From: Nitrososphaerales archaeon
GTDB taxonomy: Archaea; Thermoproteota; Nitrososphaeria; Nitrososphaerales; Nitrososphaeraceae
Direction: 5' to 3'
Assembly (NCBI GenBank): GCA_032155045.1
Contig: JALDXL010000001.1
Coordinates: 1-46,700 of the forward strand
Length of the DNA stretch: 46,700 nucleotides
The translations under genes were made by a program, and so were the position numbers. This document shows, in pieces, positions 39,087 through 46,700 of this stretch (positions are counted from its first letter, which is position 1; each line of letters opens with the position of its first letter). The notes below the pieces were generated by a model. The model worked only from the letters and a program-made list of their open reading frames with translations, made no database searches and was not told the origin of the DNA.

Positions 39087-40040
39087 TTGAAAAATGAAAG
39101 TATTTATTACGAATTATCCAAAAAATTCGATTTAAAAAAAAATGATCTTATATTTCCTTTGTTCGTACAGGAGAATAAAAATTCCAAAGAATTTTCATCT
39201 ATTCCTGGGATTTTCAAAATATCTTATGATAATCTTCTACCTGCAGTTGAGGAGATTACTGAAAACGGTATACGTTATCTTATTCTTTTTGGGATCCCAA
39301 AGGTTAGAGATAATAGAGGAAAATCATCAATCTCCAAAAACGGTATAGTACAAAAATCTCTACAACTAATTAAATCAAATTTTTATGGTAAAATTACTCT
39401 TATTTCCGACATTTGTTTATGTCAGTATAATAAAACCGGTCATTGTGGAATATTTCAAAAAGATGGAAAAGTAGTCGATAACGATTTAACTATTGACGTG
39501 TTATCTAAAATCGCATTAAGCCATGCGGAAGCCGGAGTAGATGTTGTAGCTCCGTCTGCCATGATGGATGGACAAGTAGGAAAAATTAGGAAAACACTCG
39601 ATAGTAATGGATACGATAAAATAAAGATACTCTCCTTTTCTGCAAAACAATCTACTTCATTATATAAACCATTTAGATCGGAAACTTTTTTTGATATCGG
39701 GACAAATGAGATAGACAAATCGACATACCAAGTATCATATAACAATCCGAGACAGATTCAAAGGGAGGTAGAAATGGATATTATTGAAGGATCAGATATG
39801 GTTATGATTAAGCCTGCTTTTTCATCCCTAGATCTTATTTACCAAGTTAAAAAATTTTGTAAAAAACCTATAGTTATTCAGGTTGTTTCAGGAGAGTATG
39901 CAATGATAAAAGCTGCTTCCAAATCAGGTTTATTAGATGAAAATTATTTTATTATAAATTTATTCTCTTCCCTAAAACGAGCGGGAGCTGATAAAATTAT
40001 GTCATATTCTTCACTTAGTATTTCAAAATATTTTTTATAA
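39087..40040 (+). CDS. hemB: Porphobilinogen synthase (delta-aminolevulinate dehydratase), Zn type
   Basis: DLIFPLFV, DICLCQY...GHCG Zn site, APSAMMDG, both Schiff-base Lys (SAK, MIKP), VSGEY.MI; GGAGG 9 nt upstream of TTG. Confidence 0.92.
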   Translation: MKNESIYYELSKKFDLKKNDLIFPLFVQENKNSKEFSSIPGIFKISYDNLLPAVEEITENGIRYLILFGIPKVRDNRGKSSISKNGIVQKSLQLIKSNFYGKITLISDICLCQYNKTGHCGIFQKDGKVVDNDLTIDVLSKIALSHAEAGVDVVAPSAMMDGQVGKIRKTLDSNGYDKIKILSFSAKQSTSLYKPFRSETFFDIGTNEIDKSTYQVSYNNPRQIQREVEMDIIEGSDMVMIKPAFSSLDLIYQVKKFCKKPIVIQVVSGEYAMIKAASKSGLLDENYFIINLFSSLKRAGADKIMSYSSLSISKYFL

Positions 40041-40070
40041 TTATGTTGCAAATTTTGATATGAGTCACAA

Positions 40071-40080
40071 TTATATATAA
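40071..40080 (+). promoter_or_regulatory. TATA box of tRNA-Tyr
   Basis: TTATATATAA 21-30 nt upstream of tRNA position 1. Confidence 0.6.
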
Positions 40081-40100
40081 TAAGTACAACAAAAAATTAT

Positions 40101-40261
40101 CCCGCGATAGCTCAGCCTGGTAGAGCTTTCGGCTGTAGTAGTTGGCTAATTAGCTAACCATAAGATCAGCCTGCCATGCTAACATCCATTCAGAAACCGA
40201 ATTGTCGCAGGCTCAAACAAATAAACTGACTAGTTTTTTGGAGCAAATCCTGCTCGCGGGA
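40101..40261 (+). tRNA. tRNA-Tyr(GTA) with two introns: 40139-40195 (57 nt, 37/38) and about 40217-40246 (30 nt, T-loop, 58/59)
   Basis: C1:G72 acceptor CCCGCGA/TCGCGGG plus A73; removing both segments gives a 74-nt cloverleaf with loop CTGTAGA and T arm GCAGG-CTCAAAT-CCTGC; relaxed bulge-helix-bulge at both junctions. Confidence 0.92.
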
Positions 40262-40270
40262 TACAAAAGT

Positions 40271-41323
40271 TTATGGATTGAAAACAGCTCTACCTATAAT
40301 TTTTCTATTTTTTAGATCTTCTAAAGCAGTATTTACTTCTTCTAGTTTATAATGTTTAGATACTACAGAATTAATTTTTCCGTTCTTAAATAACGACACT
40401 AGTTCTACCAAGTCGTTAAAACCTCCAGTATATGCTCCAGTAATATTGAAAGCTCGAAGTGGAACGAGTGGTAAATTGAGATCTAACGAACCACCGAATA
40501 AACCTACCATAATATATCTCCCTCGCTTTCTCATGACTTCGATCGCAATTGGTGCAGTTTTGTTACTATTTACAAAATCTACCAAGACTTCACAACCCTT
40601 TCCATTAGTCATGTCTTTTACTGTTTTTATAGGGTCTGAAGAGATTGAGTTAACTGTCAAGTCTGCTCCAAATTTTTTAGCTTCTATCAATTTTTTGTCA
40701 TCTACGTCCATAACAATAATAGTAGCATTTGTTATAGCCTTAGCAATCTGAACTGCCATCAATCCTAATCCTCCTGCTCCGATTATCACTAAATTCTCCC
40801 CAGGTAGTGCGGATGACTTTTTAATTGCGGTATATGCCGTTAGACCAGAGCAAGCTAGTGAAGCAGATGAGTTGAAATCGATATCATGTGATTTAATAAG
40901 ATATTTGTAGTTAGGAACTAGCATGAGATCTGAATATCCTCCATCTTGGTAAATTCCCAATGTTTGTGGTGCTTCACATAAATTTTCTTCTCCAGTTTTA
41001 CAGGATCGACATAGTCCATCACCTATCCATGGATATACAAGTACTTTATCACCTTTTTGAAAATTTAATACTGATTCTCCAATATCTTCTATAATTCCTG
41101 AAACTTCATGGCCAGGTGTTAAAGGAAAGTGGACTCCTCTGTCTTCAACCTTCATAAATTTTCCTCCTGCTCCCATATAACCGCCTTCCCATAGATGCAA
41201 ATCACTATGACAAATTCCTGCAGCTTTTACTTTAACTAGAACTTGTGCTTCCTTTGGCTTTGGTACCTTTAAGTCTTCGATTACTAGATGCTCCTTAGTT
41301 TTTATTATCCTTGCAGATTTCAT
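40271..41323 (-). CDS. Zn-dependent (medium-chain) alcohol dehydrogenase
   Basis: GICHSD.H, GHE..G, structural Zn site D..C..C.......C, LACSGLTAY, GAGGLG. Confidence 0.94.
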   Translation of the reverse strand: MKSARIIKTKEHLVIEDLKVPKPKEAQVLVKVKAAGICHSDLHLWEGGYMGAGGKFMKVEDRGVHFPLTPGHEVSGIIEDIGESVLNFQKGDKVLVYPWIGDGLCRSCKTGEENLCEAPQTLGIYQDGGYSDLMLVPNYKYLIKSHDIDFNSSASLACSGLTAYTAIKKSSALPGENLVIIGAGGLGLMAVQIAKAITNATIIVMDVDDKKLIEAKKFGADLTVNSISSDPIKTVKDMTNGKGCEVLVDFVNSNKTAPIAIEVMRKRGRYIMVGLFGGSLDLNLPLVPLRAFNITGAYTGGFNDLVELVSLFKNGKINSVVSKHYKLEEVNTALEDLKNRKIIGRAVFNP

Positions 41324-41439
41324 GAATTATTCAAATAATATGGATAATAAAAATTGAAAAGGAAAGATTAACAATATTATTTACGTAGGTCAGCTTGAAA
41401 ATGTATTTATTTAGATTATATTAAATATAATAACTAAAT

Positions 41440-41513
41440 CAACACCTATGACGTATAGGAAGAGCCGTCTGATACATTGTATATGAAGAAGATTATGAGT
41501 TACTGAGGTGTTG
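41440..41513 (+). ncRNA. Box C/D methylation-guide sRNA (dual guide)
   Basis: 7-bp terminal stem CAACACC/GGTGTTG; C box ATGACGT 41448-41454; D' CTGA 41469-41472; C' ATGAAGA 41483-41489; D CTGA 41503-41506; two 13-14 nt guides with identifiable complements; TATA-like element about 41415-41430. Confidence 0.88.
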
Positions 41514-41635
41514 GATTCAGAAACAAGTATTTGTAAATATTACAAACTAATTTGTCTCGAATAATTGTCACATGTTTTTTTATTTATTCTAATAGAAAAA
41601 TCTAGTCATAAATAATGGAGGTTTATTTTATCTAA

Positions 41636-41926
41636 ATGAAGAATCGTGCAGACATAGAAGTAATTGCAGCAATTCTTCGTTGTGCAAGATATACATGGGA
41701 GTATCAAACTGCTATAATGAATAAGGCATCTGTATCACATTCTCAAGTTATTCGTTACCTTTCAGTAGCTATTAAAAGTGGTTTAATTGAATACTCAAAA
41801 TTGACCAGATCATATAAAACCACTCAAAGTGGGTTTGTTTTCCTTGAAAATCACGATAAACTGGTAAAATTAATTCCTGAAATTGCCGACCCTTCAAAGA
41901 TATCAGAAAATAAAATCATTTTTTGA
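41636..41926 (+). CDS. Small winged-helix protein (archaeal HTH_45-like)
   Basis: R...EVIA.IL.........T.IM.KA.VS..Q...YL......GLI........Y.TT..G..FL. Confidence 0.85.
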   Translation: MKNRADIEVIAAILRCARYTWEYQTAIMNKASVSHSQVIRYLSVAIKSGLIEYSKLTRSYKTTQSGFVFLENHDKLVKLIPEIADPSKISENKIIF

Positions 41927-41966
41927 TTATTGACGATAAATTAAATAACTATCTTTGATTTGACCA

Positions 41967-42659
41967 TTGTATTTGAAGGTGGGTTGTTTATTTTCTGGGG
42001 GAAAGGACAGTACTTATTCTTTATATTTGGCCAAACAGATGGGCCTATCTATTGAATGTCTTCTGACCTTAATTCCTCACTCTGATGAGAGTTATTTATT
42101 TCATTTCCCTAACACATGGATCACTTCAATTCAATCACAAGCTTTACAAATTCCAATTATTACAATAAAAATTCAATCGTCGTCTATTGACGAGGAAGAC
42201 AAAAGTTTAGATAACTTAATCAAAATAGCTATAAAAGATTATCAAATAGAAGGGATCGTTCATGGAGGAATAAGTTCAAATTTTCAAAAAAAAAAATTTT
42301 ATGGTATTTGTAAAAAACACAGTTTAAAATTAATTTCACCTATATGGCAAGTTAATCAATATGAATATATGACTAAATTATTAACTAATAATTTTCTAAT
42401 AAAAATTGTAGGAATTTCGGCAATGGGACTCGAGTTAAAGTGGCTTGGGACTAATTTGAATTTTACAAATCTACGAATTCTTAATGATTTAAGTAATAGA
42501 TATGGATTTAATTTGTCTTTTGAAGGTGGTGAAGGTGAAACTTTAGTTTTAGACTGTCCCATATTTAAGAAAAAACTAGAAATTCGCAAATCTAATCCAA
42601 TCTGGGATGGCCAAAGAGGGATACTAGAAATATCGGATATTATTTTAATAGATAAGTAA
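41967..42659 (+). CDS. dph6: Diphthine--ammonia ligase
   Basis: LFSGGKDS PP-loop, SY.FH.PN, G.I.S..Q, P.W, EGGE.ETLVLD.P.F. Confidence 0.9.
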   Translation: MYLKVGCLFSGGKDSTYSLYLAKQMGLSIECLLTLIPHSDESYLFHFPNTWITSIQSQALQIPIITIKIQSSSIDEEDKSLDNLIKIAIKDYQIEGIVHGGISSNFQKKKFYGICKKHSLKLISPIWQVNQYEYMTKLLTNNFLIKIVGISAMGLELKWLGTNLNFTNLRILNDLSNRYGFNLSFEGGEGETLVLDCPIFKKKLEIRKSNPIWDGQRGILEISDIILIDK

Positions 42660-44027
42660 ATGTTAGATAATCTTAGGACAGGCCTAAGAAGTGCTTTAAA
42701 AAAAATAGTTGGCGCATCGGATATAAACGAAGAACTGATCGATTCTTTGTGTAAAGATATTCAAAGATCAATGTTACAAGCAGATGTAAATGTTAGGCTG
42801 GTTCTTACTATTACAAAAAATCTCAAACAACGCGCATTGAATGAACAGCCACCTAAAGGTTTAACAAAAAAAGACCATATTATTACTATTTTATATAATG
42901 AAATTTCTTCACTTTTAGGTTATAGTGGTGACAAAATTCTTAATATTGAAAAAGCTCATTCAATCCAAGAAGATTCCTTTCATTTTCAACCAGGAAAAAA
43001 AAACATAATATTGATGTTAGGAATCCAAGGTAGTGGGAAAACAACTTGTACAGTTAAAATTGCTAGATGGCTATCAAAACATGGATATAAAGTCGCGATC
43101 ATAGGTGCAGATACCTGGCGTCCGGGTGCTTTAATCCAATTGAAAATGAATTGTATCAAAATTAAAGTGGAGGTCTACGGTGAAGAAGGAAACAAGGATC
43201 CAATTTCGATAGTAAAAAATGGTTTACAATATTATGATACTCAGGACTATGATATAATAATTATTGATACAGCGGGAAGACATAAAGAAGAATCAGGATT
43301 GCTTGAAGAGATGAATGAATTACACCAGTTCACAGAACCTGATCTTGTTCTTTTAGTAATAGATGGAACCATAGGACAACAAGCATATAATCAAGCAAAA
43401 GCCTTCCATGACGCTGCTCCAATTGGAGGAATAGTTATAACAAAATTAGATGGAACGGCAAAAGGAGGTGGTGCACTAGCCGCATCAGCCGCTACAGGGG
43501 CAAAGATTGTTTTTATTGGTTCAGGAGAACGTTTAGATGATCTAGAATTATTTTCTCCGACAAGATTTGTTGGTCGATTATTAGGCATGGGTGACATCAA
43601 AGCACTATTAGATATGGCAAAAAGTCTTGAATTAGAAGCAGATGAAAATCAAGCAAAGAGACTTTTAGGGGGGAAAATGACAATTGAGGATTTTTATTCA
43701 CAAATGGAAAATGTTAGCAAGATGGGATTTAGAAATGTTATAGAAAACTTGCCTGGTTTATCGGGAATGGTAAAAGATGAGCAATTAGATGTATTACAAG
43801 GAAAAATCGAGAAATGGCGTTTCGTGATTCAATCAATGACAAAAAATGAGAAAAAAGATCCTAATAGTATCAATGATTCGAGGAGAAAACGAATATCCCG
43901 TGGTTCAGGAATTACTGAACACGAGGTTAAAGATATGATCAAACAGTATAACAATTCAAAAACCATGATGAAACAGGCAAAAGGGAGGCAAATGCATGGG
44001 ATGTTGAGACGATTTGGTTTTGGCTAA
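42660..44027 (+). CDS. srp54: Signal recognition particle 54 kDa protein
   Basis: GIQGSGKTT, DTWRPGA..QL, DTAGRH, TKLDGTAKGGGALA, LLGMGD, IQSMT..E, SR..RI.RGSG. Confidence 0.97.
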   Translation: MLDNLRTGLRSALKKIVGASDINEELIDSLCKDIQRSMLQADVNVRLVLTITKNLKQRALNEQPPKGLTKKDHIITILYNEISSLLGYSGDKILNIEKAHSIQEDSFHFQPGKKNIILMLGIQGSGKTTCTVKIARWLSKHGYKVAIIGADTWRPGALIQLKMNCIKIKVEVYGEEGNKDPISIVKNGLQYYDTQDYDIIIIDTAGRHKEESGLLEEMNELHQFTEPDLVLLVIDGTIGQQAYNQAKAFHDAAPIGGIVITKLDGTAKGGGALAASAATGAKIVFIGSGERLDDLELFSPTRFVGRLLGMGDIKALLDMAKSLELEADENQAKRLLGGKMTIEDFYSQMENVSKMGFRNVIENLPGLSGMVKDEQLDVLQGKIEKWRFVIQSMTKNEKKDPNSINDSRRKRISRGSGITEHEVKDMIKQYNNSKTMMKQAKGRQMHGMLRRFGFG

Positions 44028-45138
44028 ATCTGAGTCGTATGAATGTCCAAAAATTTTTAATTTTGACTATTCACTGTGTTATTTTTGTCTAAAAAGAAAT
44101 TTTCCTGATTTTAAGCCTAATAAAAATAAAAGTAATAATGATTGTTTTATCTGTCAAGGCATTTTTAATAAGATCACCGAAATTGTAAAAAAAATTTTTT
44201 GTTTGATAAAATATGAAGAAAAATATGAATATCGTTCATTTTCAATTGGAACTTCACTGCCTTATTTTATGTATGATAAGGAAGACTACATTAGGTCATT
44301 ATATAAGTTAAAAAATCTTGAAAATATAAAAGCATCATTTAATTTTGAAATTAGGAAATACTTTAAGGCAATATCAAAAAAAAAAATAGAACTCATGGCT
44401 CCCGATATTAAAATAGATCTACTCATCTCAAAAAATAACGAATATTCAGTAAAAATAATTTCTCGTTCATTTTATTTAATTGGACGGTATAAAAAGACGA
44501 GAATGCTTGCCCAAAAGGAAAACAATAATAAAAAAAACCTACAATTCGGAAATGTTACTAATTTTAATATCAATAAAAAAGAATCAATTGAGACTATTAT
44601 AAATAATACTTTATCAAAGTATATCAAATCTGACCGTACAATTTTTACCTGGTGCGGAAGCGAAGATAATAATAGTCAGGTTTTGGGTAAGGGTAGATTA
44701 TTTTATATTAATATGATAAACCCACGAGAAAGAAAAATAAGAATAAATAAGATTTTTAGTCACAATGGATTGACTTTTAAAATTACAGAGAAAAAAGATT
44801 TTGTAGGTATTGTAAATAGGAATTATAGAGTTAAAAATAAGATATTTATACAAACAACTAAATCTATAAACAATTTTTATCTTATTCAATTAAGAAAACT
44901 AAATAATTCTATTATACGTTACTATTACAAGTCAAAATACATTTATAAAAAAATTTATGATCTGAAAATCAAAAAAATTGATTCGTTTCATTTAATAATT
45001 TTCTTAGAATGTGATAGTGGATTTTTTTTAAGACCTTTCATTGAAGGTAAAACATTCATTCAACCCAATATATCATCGATACTCAACAATCAATGTGAAT
45101 GTTTAAAATTTGATATACTAGATATTTCATATTCTTAA
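44014..45138 (+). CDS. pus10: Pus10 (tRNA pseudouridine 54/55 synthase) homolog, divergent and probably lacking the catalytic Asp
   Basis: N-terminal C..C..R...C..C.G, THUMP F.IG, Y..GRY.K, G.ED....VLG.GR.F....NP..R, C-terminal P..S.IL...C.C..FD; position right after srp54. Confidence 0.8.
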   Translation: MVLAKSESYECPKIFNFDYSLCYFCLKRNFPDFKPNKNKSNNDCFICQGIFNKITEIVKKIFCLIKYEEKYEYRSFSIGTSLPYFMYDKEDYIRSLYKLKNLENIKASFNFEIRKYFKAISKKKIELMAPDIKIDLLISKNNEYSVKIISRSFYLIGRYKKTRMLAQKENNNKKNLQFGNVTNFNINKKESIETIINNTLSKYIKSDRTIFTWCGSEDNNSQVLGKGRLFYINMINPRERKIRINKIFSHNGLTFKITEKKDFVGIVNRNYRVKNKIFIQTTKSINNFYLIQLRKLNNSIIRYYYKSKYIYKKIYDLKIKKIDSFHLIIFLECDSGFFLRPFIEGKTFIQPNISSILNNQCECLKFDILDISYS

Positions 45139-45363
45139 TTCCTTTAAATTTCAAATAATATCATTAAAATTAATAATTTATTTCAACATAATAAATTATA
45201 AGTTGTTATAAAGATGAAAATATCACTTAGAAAAGTTATAAAATATTTTTATCATAACATATAAGATCTAAACGTTTCCAAATTCAAGTAAATTTGCGGA
45301 ATTTAAATAAATGATGTATAAATAGATATAGTTACTTAATAAATAATGAGTTTTCAAAATGTC

Positions 45364-45555
45364 TTACTTTTTTTGAATGAATTCTGTGAACCCACACTTT
45401 CCACAAGTATATCGGTCTTTATGAGCAGCCATGAATACACCCTTGCCGCATCTAGGACAATCTCTCTTGATTCGTTCTACTTTATCACTTTGAACATTGA
45501 AAAATTTGTATACTTGAGAATCTTTTTGTTTTTTCTTGTCAGCCATTTCTCTCAC
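45364..45555 (-). CDS. rps27ae: 30S ribosomal protein S27ae
   Basis: CPRCGKGVFMAAHKDRYTCGKCG. Confidence 0.95.
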   Translation of the reverse strand: MREMADKKKQKDSQVYKFFNVQSDKVERIKRDCPRCGKGVFMAAHKDRYTCGKCGFTEFIQKK

Positions 45556-45559
45556 CTGT

Positions 45560-45922
45560 TTATTTTGCTTCTGCCTTTGCAGCCTGTTTGGCTTTCAATT
45601 TCATAGCCTTCTCTTCATCAATTATTTTTTTTCGATCTTGTTTTGAAAGTCTTCTAAGAATTCTATACTTGGGAAGATGTTTAGTTGCTAATTCTGGATC
45701 TTCATAGACATAGACAGTTGCCTTGATATCTGTTTTACCTTTTTCACCATTAAGTGAAATTGGAAAGATTTTCTTTTCTTCTAAATTAAAATTTTTTGAT
45801 AGAAGCTTTGTTAGTTCTATTTTACTAATTTTTCCTGCAGTATTTCTCATTAAAATTTTTAATTCCCTTCTATTTAAAATTACATTTGACTTGTCTTCTA
45901 GTGTGTTAATTTGAAAGCTCAA
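45560..45922 (-). CDS. rps24e: 30S ribosomal protein S24e
   Basis: N..L.RREL, G......YVY.D......P.Y...R; adjacent to rps27ae. Confidence 0.88.
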   Translation of the reverse strand: MSFQINTLEDKSNVILNRRELKILMRNTAGKISKIELTKLLSKNFNLEEKKIFPISLNGEKGKTDIKATVYVYEDPELATKHLPKYRILRRLSKQDRKKIIDEEKAMKLKAKQAAKAEAK

Positions 45923-46211
45923 TATTTTAATTGCTTCGACAAACTCATATAAGCATTTCCATTAAAGAATTATAATGTTGACTTCTATGTAATTTTATCT
46001 TTCTAATTAAAATTAATTGCTACCATTCTTAATCTTAATCGAAACTAATTTAAAAAAAATGAATAACCAGATCTACTGCTAAAGTTTAGAACTTTGGTCA
46101 ATCATTTAACTTTTATTCGATACGATTGAAATTAAGATTTCATTTCGCTTTTTATGACAAAAATTTGTTTGAATATAAAATAGTATGTATAATAATTTTA
46201 ATCCTGAAACT

Positions 46212-46700
46212 CTAGGATATATTAAACGATTTCTCAACATCTTTTAACCTTTCTTTTTCGCCACTATAACCGATCAAGTTTTCTAATCTTTTTCTTGCCT
46301 TTCCTTCTCTAATAACAGATCTAGATATATCTATTCCTTCTTTAAAGTTTTTGGCGATATCAGATAGAACTAATATTATAGCCGAATTCAAAACTACGAT
46401 ATCTTCATTTTCTTTAGTGGCCAAACCATATATTGATTCAAGAGTAATCTTAATCGAATCAAGCTTATTTTTTATCGATAAATTAGATAACGAAGCGGTC
46501 TGTATCCCAAAATCAATAGGATTTAATTTAAATTTAGTTATTTCTCCTTTATCTATATGTATTATGTCATTAGTTCCAGTATTAGAGATCTCATCGAATC
46601 CATCGTTTGAATATACAATATAGATTTTTTTATTTAGTTTCTGTGCAACACTTGGGAGTTTAGTTAATAATGAGGGATCAGATACACCTATAATCTGACC
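46212..46700 (-). CDS. trpD: Anthranilate phosphoribosyltransferase, C-terminal part (5' end beyond window)
   Basis: Frame open from 46700: GQIIGVSD...VYSNDGFDEIS..G...P.DFG...DIVVLNSA...F.EGI......I..GKA...L. Confidence 0.9.
   Translation of the reverse strand, partial: GQIIGVSDPSLLTKLPSVAQKLNKKIYIVYSNDGFDEISNTGTNDIIHIDKGEITKFKLNPIDFGIQTASLSNLSIKNKLDSIKITLESIYGLATKENEDIVVLNSAIILVLSDIAKNFKEGIDISRSVIREGKARKRLENLIGYSGEKERLKDVEKSFNIS

Noticed and set aside
40139-40195. tRNA-Tyr intron as an H/ACA or C/D guide RNA
   Set aside because: GCCTGC could pair upstream of U55 and an ACA follows 13 nt later, but there is no convincing 5' pocket strand or K-turn, and no C/D boxes on the sense strand
217-46623. 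Many short ORF-track entries antisense to or nested in real genes (e.g. 217..474, 7329..7592, 32692..33003, 33055..33396, 40446..40751, 46351..46623)
   Set aside because: They overlap well-supported genes, show the Ile/Phe/Ser-rich composition of antisense shadows, and have no motifs
1-46700. CRISPR array, cas genes, rRNA or defence-system cluster
   Set aside because: No regularly spaced direct repeats, no long GC-rich structural RNA and no matching protein motifs seen

Overview
Very AT-rich archaeal chromosomal segment. Gene content (type IB topoisomerase, CofG/CofH, PurP, PriS/PriL, rps24e/rps27ae, intron-containing tRNA) points to an ammonia-oxidising thaumarchaeon of the Nitrososphaeraceae (Nitrosocosmicus-like; inference). 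Most of the window is housekeeping: gltX, glyS, proS, primase, nfo, mtnA/mtnP/apt, hemB, dph6, srp54, trpD. There are three tRNA genes: Ala-GGC, elongator Met-CAT, and Tyr-GTA with two introns. A decaying accessory region (about 27.6-31.9 kb) lies at the 3' side of tRNA-Met and holds a twice-frameshifted secreted-protein pseudogene and a fossil IS6 element that the ORF track does not show. The most interesting signals concern RNA modification. (1) A box C/D guide sRNA at 41440-41513 has one guide matching the LSU rRNA peptidyl-transferase region and one matching the anticodon loop of the tRNA-Met in this window. (2) The tRNA-Met upstream leader is antisense to the tRNA's own D-arm and also carries C/D-like boxes. 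(3) All three tRNAs have C instead of U at position 54, and the Pus10 homolog appears to lack its catalytic Asp. (4) The ThiI homolog lacks its PP-loop. No database searches or folding calculations were run; all calls come from reading the sequence and recognising motifs.
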